From assembly GCA_049975265.1 (NCBI GenBank), contig JBNGDF010000005.1, positions 114,386 through 129,539 on the forward strand: a stretch of DNA of 15,154 nt, read 5' to 3'. The position numbers and the translations under genes are program-made. Below are positions 6,987 to 14,574 of the stretch, piece by piece. The notes under the pieces are model-generated. The model saw only the letters and a program-made list of their open reading frames with translations. It was not told where the DNA came from and made no database searches. The stretch's first letter is position 1. Each line of letters opens with the position of its first letter. Origin of the DNA: Fidelibacterota bacterium. Its GTDB lineage: Bacteria; Fidelibacterota; UBA2242.

Positions 6987-8870
6987 TCAATTGGATTGAT
7001 TATTCAAATCATGGCAATCGTTTGCCATGCGCAGAAAATATTCTACGCCCGCTAATTTATACAAAAATTCGTAATTATCTAAACGTTGCGCATCCGGAGT
7101 GCTGAAGGATTCAAGGTAGGCATGCCAACGGGGGGAATCGATTATTTCCGTCAAAACCATGGCATTGGGATCGATCAGACTGCCAATTTCAGGATCGGTC
7201 AGCAGATTTTTATAGATCGGCAGATAGTCCCAGGTTTGCTGCAGCTGGGAGGCAACCTGCATTCCCAGCCGTTTTTTTATTTTTCCGGTAAATTTCGAAG
7301 ATTGAGCGATCCAGTACCGGAATAGAAAGAGCCACTGCCGGAGACCGGTTTTGGGCAGCATGTCAAGGTTGCCGAAGCTCGTCGGTTCCCGGGCGAGTCT
7401 CTCATCGAGACGGGTGACGACTCCGCGCTGGATTTTTGAGAGATTGTATTTCCACTGTGGTGGCATGGACAGCGCAGCTTCAAGATTTCGTCTCATCAGC
7501 AACGGCGACAGCATATCGATGGCGCAATTGCAGGTGGTGTTGGACACGTTTCCAAAATTGGCATAGCATTCCAGATCGAATTTATCCAGCTGTATCGCTA
7601 CCGGTGCATGTTCATAGCCGGAGCGGGAGCGGTTCAGAAGTTCCGTAAAATATTCGGCGGAATTCCGTTTAATCTCAAGAAAATTGTCCTGAAAAATATC
7701 GTCCCGATATTTTGCGTTTAAAATCCGGTATTTCAGGAGACGCTCGACATTGACATGGCGGGGTTCGCGGTACAGATTCAGGACGTATTGCTCGTTCCAG
7801 AGTCCGTCTTTATAATATCGTCCGTGCACACCGTTGACCACGCAGCTGGCAAAGGGCAGATAGCTGCTTTTCATATAGAAAATCCGCCCTAGCATGAACC
7901 CCGGTTCTTCGCAGCTTCCCAGTGTCACCGCCAGTTTGAAATAGTCGAAAAGATGGTCCAGAAAATCCTGCTGCAGTTTGATATGGTGGGTCTTAAAACC
8001 GTATTTCTGCGCCATCCGTTTGACATTGATCACCTCCACATCGTCGTCCAGACCGAAAATCGCCGTCTCCACATCGATCTTTTGGCTGGTAAATCCGGCA
8101 AAAACCGTTCGCGAATCCTGCCCCGTTGTAAATTCCACTACCTTATGCTGAAAATGTTGATCGATCAGGCGGGCGGTTTCCTGAATGCTGTCCGCCATTA
8201 ACTGGATGTTATCCTCAAGTGACAGAGATGTATACTGTTTCGGCCAGTGCCAGTAATTCGTTAATGTCAGGTAATTGTTTTTGATTGAGTAAAGGGATGC
8301 CGAATTCAGGCGCCGGACGTTTTGGAGCATGGACCGTTCAGAGAGAATGTAATAGCGCCAGAGAAATTCATTTAGAGCATAATAATCGGGTTTCGGCTTG
8401 ATGATGACAGCCGCAAGCAGCAAAAAGGGGGTGATCAGTACATAGTCATCGGTTTCACAGATAAAATTGGTATGGGTCTTATCAAAATCATTGATAATCA
8501 GGTATTCGTCGGCATCGGCATCGTAGAGTTTGATCACGAAGTGACCGTCGAGACGGTTTGCCATTTGTGAACCCTGGTTCTGATAGAGCTGCCACAGCTC
8601 TTCGGCAGAATACATTTTGGTTTGCTCCAGTGCAAAAACCACTCCTTCGTAGATCAGCCAGCTGCCGGATTTGTCGAAGTAGGATTTGGATGGTTCATTT
8701 TGCTTCCGGAATTCTACCAGAAAACAGTTTTTCAGATTATCATGGTATTTAATCGTCCGGAAATATGTCTGAAAGTGGGCTTGAATTGCTTTTTTAAATA
8801 CGGTTTTAACACGATTGAATTCACCGGATTTCGATTCTTTTTTCGAATATAGCAATAACACTCCAGCCAT
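6987..8870 (-). CDS. Asparagine synthase-related ATP-dependent amide ligase without the N-terminal catalytic Cys
   Basis: 627 aa. MAGVLLL start (MCGI in AsnB), LDGHF, NYW, variant PP-loop FTTGQDSR, VNGVHGRYY (GxxGD-like position) and SPLL (PF-like). Confidence 0.72.
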   Translation of the reverse strand: MAGVLLLYSKKESKSGEFNRVKTVFKKAIQAHFQTYFRTIKYHDNLKNCFLVEFRKQNEPSKSYFDKSGSWLIYEGVVFALEQTKMYSAEELWQLYQNQGSQMANRLDGHFVIKLYDADADEYLIINDFDKTHTNFICETDDYVLITPFLLLAAVIIKPKPDYYALNEFLWRYYILSERSMLQNVRRLNSASLYSIKNNYLTLTNYWHWPKQYTSLSLEDNIQLMADSIQETARLIDQHFQHKVVEFTTGQDSRTVFAGFTSQKIDVETAIFGLDDDVEVINVKRMAQKYGFKTHHIKLQQDFLDHLFDYFKLAVTLGSCEEPGFMLGRIFYMKSSYLPFASCVVNGVHGRYYKDGLWNEQYVLNLYREPRHVNVERLLKYRILNAKYRDDIFQDNFLEIKRNSAEYFTELLNRSRSGYEHAPVAIQLDKFDLECYANFGNVSNTTCNCAIDMLSPLLMRRNLEAALSMPPQWKYNLSKIQRGVVTRLDERLAREPTSFGNLDMLPKTGLRQWLFLFRYWIAQSSKFTGKIKKRLGMQVASQLQQTWDYLPIYKNLLTDPEIGSLIDPNAMVLTEIIDSPRWHAYLESFSTPDAQRLDNYEFLYKLAGVEYFLRMANDCHDLNNQSN

Positions 8871-9865
8871 TACAATCTCCCGATCTTTTTCAGCGACTGA
8901 TATTTTAGTACGTACATCCGCAGGGCGTTGTAAACGGTATCCTGTTGACGGAAGAGCACAGCATAGTCATGGAATATTTGATTGCCGGTCAATTGGTGCA
9001 GCAGGCGCATCTGGACCTGATGCAGGCGCTGATAGGAAATAGTCGCCGGGTCAATTCCCGGATGCCAGTCCGCCCGGCAATAGTTGTAGCGCGACCAGAA
9101 TCCGAGATCGTATTCCGGTAAGATATTTATCAGCGTATTCACGCCGTCATTGTAGAGTTTCCGGGCTAATGTGTTCTCGGGAAAGACGCGGATAAAATCG
9201 TAGAGCCCCAGAAGCGCGAAAACGTTGCCGTTCAGTACGAGAGTCGGTACTTCCGCCGTATATTCTTCATAGAAAGGACCCCATTCTGTGAACGAGGTGA
9301 CACCGCCTGCCTGAGCCGATTTGGTGAAGGGGACCAGCGCCTTTTCCGCCAACTCTGCATATGACGGTTTACCGGTCAGCTGATAGGCGCGCAGCAAAAT
9401 ATTCATGGCTCTTGCCTGGGAAAAGGCGGAAGCCCAGGGACCGGGATTTTTGTACTGGGGCAGGGCGACATCGGTCAGCCAGCGGGCGCCGAACTCCACA
9501 CTGGTTTCGACATTATCGCAGAACCAGTCGGCAAATTTCAGAAAGCGCTGTTTATCTTTTTCCGATTGGGTTTGCAGGTAGGTATGAAACACTGCCAAAC
9601 CCATTTGTCCGATTGAGATTGGGAAATAGACATATTCCTTGTCAGTCACGTCAATATAGGTTTTGTTGACAGGTATGCCATTTTCATCAAATTTACTGAT
9701 CAAAGCCTGGTCTTTTCCGGCTGATACCCGCTCCTCCTTGAATAAAAAATAATACCAAGTCAAATCAGATGAATGAACATCCTCAGCTATAGCATACCTG
9801 AGTTTGGGCGTTTTCAGATCAGACCGGAATTTAGTGAGCATAAAAAATATTTTTCTGATCTTCAT
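8870..9865 (-). CDS. D-glucuronyl C5-epimerase family protein (C5-epim_C domain)
   Basis: 331 aa. PISIGQMGL, WASAFSQA, FYEEY..PTLVLNGNVFALLGLYD, YDLGFWSRYN and SYQRLHQVQM correspond to the conserved C-terminal motifs of heparan sulfate C5-epimerase. Confidence 0.88.
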   Translation of the reverse strand: MKIRKIFFMLTKFRSDLKTPKLRYAIAEDVHSSDLTWYYFLFKEERVSAGKDQALISKFDENGIPVNKTYIDVTDKEYVYFPISIGQMGLAVFHTYLQTQSEKDKQRFLKFADWFCDNVETSVEFGARWLTDVALPQYKNPGPWASAFSQARAMNILLRAYQLTGKPSYAELAEKALVPFTKSAQAGGVTSFTEWGPFYEEYTAEVPTLVLNGNVFALLGLYDFIRVFPENTLARKLYNDGVNTLINILPEYDLGFWSRYNYCRADWHPGIDPATISYQRLHQVQMRLLHQLTGNQIFHDYAVLFRQQDTVYNALRMYVLKYQSLKKIGRL

Positions 9866-11187
9866 AACACTCTCTCAAAAACAGAGACCAGCTGCCGGGT
9901 CAATTCATAACGCGAGTATTTGGCAAATTCCCGCAGTTCTCTGGGAGCTAAAGTGCGATTCTTCCACTGTATAAATAATTTGCCAATAATGGTCGAAAAA
10001 TCATCGGTCGGGTCAATGACTCGGCCGCAGTCTGTCTCGTGCAGAATAGCCGCCGCTTCTCCATGCCGGTTGCCGACTCCCAAGATATAGTTCCCGGTGA
10101 TCATATACTCAAAAAGCTTCCCCGGAATATGGCCGGCGTAGTCCCGTACATTCTCCAGAAAGAGCAACAGCAAATCGCCGGAACACATTTCATACATCGC
10201 CTGATCATGGGGAATGTATCCCATGAATTCAGTGACATGATAGGGCTTCAATATATCAGCGATTTCATTCTGAACTGATGATTCGATTTTTCCGGCAAAC
10301 CGAAGCACAAAATTTTCTGATGACAACAGGCCCCTTTCCAGCAGACTGCGGATTCCCCTGTAAAAGGCCGGGTAAAACCGATTTCTGTTTATACTACCGA
10401 TATGGACAATAGTAAATTTTGGGTTTCTCTGTTTCCTGACTGGCACTTCAGGTTGATCAAAACCATTTGTGATCACTGTTGTATTTTGTTTAATATCAGC
10501 GCCGATTAGGGCAATAAACTGCCGGCTAGCAGCTGTCAGCCAGTTGGCCGAGTTGACAGTCTGCTTTTCTTTAACGCCATCAAGCCATTTTGAAAAAGAC
10601 GACCGCTTACCACAATAGTAATGAATTTGGGTCCAGGGATCCCTGAAATCAGCTACCCATTTCGTCCCGCTCCATTTCGCCAGTTTTTTGGCTATCAGAT
10701 GCACGGTTGGCGGTGGCGATGATGAAAAAATCATATCTGGCTGGTGTTTTTTAATTATTTTCCGGCCCTTTTTGACGGCGAAGGGAATCCAGCCGATTTT
10801 GGCATCGGGAATAAATAGATTGAGCCGAACCCAATTGGCTATTCGTCTCTTCCAATTGAGATTTTTTTCAGATAATACAGCTACGGGAATTTTCTCACCT
10901 TTTTTCATGCCGGCAAAATTTTTATACAGATTGGTTGGCTCCCAGGAATTGGTTTTATATACAATACATTCTTTCGGTATATCTTTTTCCAATGTATTAT
11001 CAATGGCTGGGAACTCCCCCGTTTTCACCGTCAATATAATCGGCTGCCAGCCAAATTCAGGCAGGTATTTGGCGAATTTCAGGACCCGCTGGACACCCGG
11101 TCCGCCAGCCGGCGGCCAGTAATAGGTAATGATGAGGACTTTTTTCAGTTTTTTATGAGGCAATAAAGCGCTCCGGTGCTGAACCAT
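9862..11187 (-). CDS. Glycosyltransferase family 4 (GT-B); true start may be CTG at 11148
   Basis: KKVLIITYYWPPAGGPGVQRVLKFAKYL, FIPDAKIGW, SSPPPTVHL, WVADFRDPW, ITNGFD and IPGKLFEY. Confidence 0.9.
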   Translation of the reverse strand: MVQHRSALLPHKKLKKVLIITYYWPPAGGPGVQRVLKFAKYLPEFGWQPIILTVKTGEFPAIDNTLEKDIPKECIVYKTNSWEPTNLYKNFAGMKKGEKIPVAVLSEKNLNWKRRIANWVRLNLFIPDAKIGWIPFAVKKGRKIIKKHQPDMIFSSSPPPTVHLIAKKLAKWSGTKWVADFRDPWTQIHYYCGKRSSFSKWLDGVKEKQTVNSANWLTAASRQFIALIGADIKQNTTVITNGFDQPEVPVRKQRNPKFTIVHIGSINRNRFYPAFYRGIRSLLERGLLSSENFVLRFAGKIESSVQNEIADILKPYHVTEFMGYIPHDQAMYEMCSGDLLLLFLENVRDYAGHIPGKLFEYMITGNYILGVGNRHGEAAAILHETDCGRVIDPTDDFSTIIGKLFIQWKNRTLAPRELREFAKYSRYELTRQLVSVFERVL

Positions 11188-11918
11188 TCATTGATGAATA
11201 GACTGTTCAGTGGTTGTCGTATGCGGCGTATATTGAAGCGGTATTCATGTGCCGGTCGGACGATATAAAACTGACGTTGATGAACCGTCAGTGGGAGTTG
11301 ACTTGTCATTTGTTCAAACTGACGGATACTAAGACGACAGGCTTTGACGTTTAAAAAATTGTCTATTCTTTTCCGGGGAATTTTTAACAGTGCCAGATAC
11401 CAGGCGTAGAGATTATCCGGCAGGCAATGAAGGTACGGTAATTTCCCCGGAAGTGCCGGGCTTCCCTGCTGATGTCCGGCATAGGCTGAATATTTTGGTG
11501 GAAAGGAGATGAACAATTTTCCCCGGGATTTCAGCAGGGCGACCATATTCTGTAGTGCCACTATTTTTTTTTCAGGCTCAATATGCTCGATAACGTCCCG
11601 ACAGATCACGATATCCATTTCACCGGGAATTTTATCCCGGTAGGTCGCCGGATTGGTAATGTCACCATTTACAAACAGGATATTGGAATGTTGATCCAGG
11701 AGAACCGCAATTTCATGGCGGTGAACGGCGAACTCAATTCCGTAGCAGCGGTGACCCTTTTCAGCAAAATATTGTAAGGTTCCTCCTTCGGCGGTTCCGA
11801 CTTCGCAGATGGATAAGCCCGTTGCTTCGGAGATGTTTAGAAAACCTTCCAGTACATGACTGGCGTACCAGTATTGTTCATTGAAATAATTCAGATTACG
11901 GGGGGGAATCGCGTTCAT
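11145..11918 (-). CDS. Class I SAM-dependent methyltransferase, probably glycan-modifying
   Basis: 257 aa. ICEVGTAEGG (motif I), YGIE, NGDIT, DIVICRDVIEHI and LKSRGKLFISFPP..AGHQQ. It sits between two glycosyltransferases with overlapping junctions. Confidence 0.88.
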   Translation of the reverse strand: MNAIPPRNLNYFNEQYWYASHVLEGFLNISEATGLSICEVGTAEGGTLQYFAEKGHRCYGIEFAVHRHEIAVLLDQHSNILFVNGDITNPATYRDKIPGEMDIVICRDVIEHIEPEKKIVALQNMVALLKSRGKLFISFPPKYSAYAGHQQGSPALPGKLPYLHCLPDNLYAWYLALLKIPRKRIDNFLNVKACRLSIRQFEQMTSQLPLTVHQRQFYIVRPAHEYRFNIRRIRQPLNSLFINEWFSTGALYCLIKN

Positions 11919-12949
11919 TTGTAATACTTCTTCACAAAGCCGGTGAACTCGTCTTTTTTAAAGACTATCCGGCGAATAAAATTAACAGTGAAGCCAAAGC
12001 CGTAGGCGAAGACCTGGCAGACGGCGACCACCGGCGCCAGGCAGGCAGCCGGCAAACTGTGATATCTGCGCAGACTGTCAACAAAGATAACCACGAAAAT
12101 CAGGAACGCCAGCCCGGTGACCCCCAGCCAGACTTTCAGCGCTAAACCGGTCAGCAATGTAAAAATCGTCAGCAGTGTATAGCCGACAGCGGCAATGGCG
12201 GGTATGAAATGCAGCGGCTCCAGAATCCCCTGATCGATAACAGTCAAATTGATGCGCGCCACGCCCCAGTTGAACATCTGTCGGAAAAACTTCCGCAGGC
12301 TGCTGCGCCGTTTGTGGTAAACTACCGCTTTGGGAATAAAAATAACGTTGACGCCGCTGGCGACGATCCGGCGGCTGAATTCCAGGTCCTGTCCGTGCCG
12401 CAGAGTACCCATACCCCCCAAAGATTCGAAAATCTTGCGGTGAATGCCCATATTAAAGCTGCGGGGATAATATTTTGCCAGTTTTCTCTTTGAGCGACCG
12501 CGCATGCCGCCGGTCGTCAGGAAAGAGGTCATGGAATAGTCAATCGCCTTTTGCAGCGGCGTGAAATTATCGAGAACCGAATCAGGTCCGCCAAATGCAT
12601 CGGGTTTTTCCTGTTCAATCGCTAACCCCAATTCGCTCAGCCAGTTCGGATCGGCGATGCAATCGGAATCAATAAACAGAAAATATTCACCCTCCGCCTG
12701 GCTCATCCCGAAATTACGCGCTGGTCCGGGGCCCTCGTGATCCCGCTGGAAAAAGCGTATTCGGAAAGGCGATGATTTGATCAGCTCGTTGACAACCGCG
12801 GTTGTATCGTCTGTGGAACCGTCATCCACCAGCAGTACCTCAAAACGCTCCTTGGGAAAGGTCTGCCGGTTAAAGGATTGAACCAGGTCGACAATTTCAT
12901 CAGACCGGTTATAGCAGGGTACAATAATCGAAAACAGATAGTTGTGCAT
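11915..12949 (-). CDS. Glycosyltransferase family 2 (GT-A) with C-terminal transmembrane helices
   Basis: 344 aa. SIIVPCYNR, VDDGSTD, GPGPARN, FIDSD, AFGGPD, YPRSFNMG, GQD and VYHKRR, followed by about three hydrophobic segments. Confidence 0.92.
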   Translation of the reverse strand: MHNYLFSIIVPCYNRSDEIVDLVQSFNRQTFPKERFEVLLVDDGSTDDTTAVVNELIKSSPFRIRFFQRDHEGPGPARNFGMSQAEGEYFLFIDSDCIADPNWLSELGLAIEQEKPDAFGGPDSVLDNFTPLQKAIDYSMTSFLTTGGMRGRSKRKLAKYYPRSFNMGIHRKIFESLGGMGTLRHGQDLEFSRRIVASGVNVIFIPKAVVYHKRRSSLRKFFRQMFNWGVARINLTVIDQGILEPLHFIPAIAAVGYTLLTIFTLLTGLALKVWLGVTGLAFLIFVVIFVDSLRRYHSLPAACLAPVVAVCQVFAYGFGFTVNFIRRIVFKKDEFTGFVKKYYK

Positions 12950-13890
12950 TATTTCTCATATCTCTGGCGGATAATCATTTCGCTGATCAGCCCCAGCGAA
13001 AAGAACTGCATGCCGAAAATAATGAGCAGAACGCCGAGCAGCAGCATGGCAATGTGGTTCCGAAAGGGATCACCAAAGGCATATTTCAAGATCAGGAGGT
13101 AGACCTCCGCGGCGAATCCCAGCAGCACAAAAACCAGTCCCCACAGTCCGAAGAAATGCATGGGGCGCTTTAAAAATTTCATGGTAAACAGGATGGTCAA
13201 CAGGTCCAGAAAGCCTTTGTAGAACCGGCTTACGCCGTATTTTGTTTTGCCATATTTCCGGGGGAAATGTCGAACCTTCATCTCGCCGCTCTTAAAGCCG
13301 TGGATCTTCGCCAGTACCGGAATGAAGCGGTGCATTTCGCCATAGACGGTGATACTTTTGACGACTTCGGCTTTGTAGACTTTCAGACCGTTATTCATGT
13401 CGTGCAGTTTGACGCCGGTCAACAGGCGGCTGACGAAGTTGTAGATTTTGGAGGTAATTTTTTTGATAAAGGGGTCTTTCCGGTTCTGTTTCCAGCCGGA
13501 AATCAGATCATAATCGCCGGTTTTCAACATGGCGACCATTTGGGGAATCGCCTCGGGATCGTCCTGCAAATCGGCATCAATTGTAGCGATAAATTCGCCT
13601 TTGGCGGCACTGAAGCCCTCGTTCAGAGCGGCGGCTTTGCCCAGATTGCGGGTGAGGCGGATCAGCGTTATTTCGGGATGATTCGCCGCTAGTTTCTGTT
13701 CCACCGCATAGGAACCATCCCGGCTGCCGTCGTCGACAAGAATGATTTCGTAGGCGTAGTCGCTTTTGCGCAGAGCGGCTTGAATGTTGCCGCACATTTC
13801 GGCGATGGAATCGACTTCGTTAAAAATGGGCACGATGACCGAGATTAAATTTGGCTGTCCGATATTTTCCACATGCTCTCCCTTTGTCAT
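12949..13890 (-). CDS. Polyprenyl-phosphate glycosyltransferase (DPM1/ArnC/GtrB-like GT2); alternative GTG start at 13872
   Basis: SVIVPIFNE, VDDGSRD, RNLGKAAAL, IDADLQDDP, SGWKQNRKD, GEMHRFIP and GKTKYG, plus two C-terminal TM segments. An SD-like AGGGAG lies 5 nt before the in-frame GTG at 13872. Confidence 0.92.
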   Translation of the reverse strand: MTKGEHVENIGQPNLISVIVPIFNEVDSIAEMCGNIQAALRKSDYAYEIILVDDGSRDGSYAVEQKLAANHPEITLIRLTRNLGKAAALNEGFSAAKGEFIATIDADLQDDPEAIPQMVAMLKTGDYDLISGWKQNRKDPFIKKITSKIYNFVSRLLTGVKLHDMNNGLKVYKAEVVKSITVYGEMHRFIPVLAKIHGFKSGEMKVRHFPRKYGKTKYGVSRFYKGFLDLLTILFTMKFLKRPMHFFGLWGLVFVLLGFAAEVYLLILKYAFGDPFRNHIAMLLLGVLLIIFGMQFFSLGLISEMIIRQRYEK

Positions 13891-13896
13891 GTTATC

Positions 13897-14574
13897 TCAG
13901 GCTAATTTACGGAATTCGACCTGAAATTGGGAGTACTGAATTGCAATTTTCACCTCTTTCCCGAAATTCAGGTTCACCGTTTGGGGAATCCAGTAATATT
14001 CTCCAAGGGAATTCCAGTTGGCATAAGTAAAGATGGTTCCGTTATCGGATTTCGGTGTGAGGCGGATGAGTCGCCGGTATCGGTCGTAGATGGGGTGATA
14101 ATCGGCGTTATGCTGCTCAATCTGTCCGATCAGCAGTCCGGTGAGGTCCTGCAAGGGTATCTGTGGAATGGTGTAGCGACCAATCGTTTCCGGAAGTTCG
14201 ATGCCGGAAAGGTGGCGATTTTCACGCTGCAGCCAGAGATGGTATTGATGGTTGTTCAAGGTAAATTGCGCCAGCTGCCGTTTAAGCGGGTCTCGGACCT
14301 GAATAAAAAGGGAATCCATGCCGGTGTAGTACAGCCAGGCGGAAAGGGTGACATCGCCTTCGGGCGATTGAACATTGATCCGGGCATTAAAGGAGAGGGT
14401 TGCGATAGCCTGCCGGAACGGCGGCGTGGATTCGGGACGTGGCAGAACGGTGGGCGTTTCACGGGTGGTAATATTGCGGATGATCGAACAGTTGTGTCCA
14501 TGCAAACAGAGGTAAAGGATGGTGATCAGAGAAAGGAGTCGCTTATTGAGAGACTTTTTTCTGGAGACGTTCAT
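13897..14574 (-). CDS. Exported/envelope protein, possibly DUF4292/LolB-like lipoprotein
   Basis: ATG at 14574 (or TTG at 14586). A basic N-terminus, then hydrophobic LLSLITILYLCL and a Cys (poor lipobox). The body looks beta-rich with DSLFIQVRDPL and YWIPQTV. It lies directly downstream of a TPR gene, as is usual for DUF4292/LolB. The family call is tentative. Confidence 0.5.
   Translation of the reverse strand: MNVSRKKSLNKRLLSLITILYLCLHGHNCSIIRNITTRETPTVLPRPESTPPFRQAIATLSFNARINVQSPEGDVTLSAWLYYTGMDSLFIQVRDPLKRQLAQFTLNNHQYHLWLQRENRHLSGIELPETIGRYTIPQIPLQDLTGLLIGQIEQHNADYHPIYDRYRRLIRLTPKSDNGTIFTYANWNSLGEYYWIPQTVNLNFGKEVKIAIQYSQFQVEFRKLA

Noticed and set aside
6954..6990. Perfect TTGACA (6990-6985) upstream of the threonine-synthase-like gene
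   Set aside because: No acceptable -10 box lies at 16-18 nt spacing (CCGGTT at 17 nt).
3628..8870. Gene symbols lysA, thrC and asnB
   Set aside because: Specificity motifs deviate (CFSGD, FKDMAG, MAG start) and the context is glycan modification, so housekeeping names are unsupported.
11564..11572. A9 tract in the methyltransferase (also A8 tracts at 749-756 and 6278-6285) as phase-variation sites
   Set aside because: All frames are intact, and short A runs from Lys codons are expected. There is no evidence of slippage without read data.
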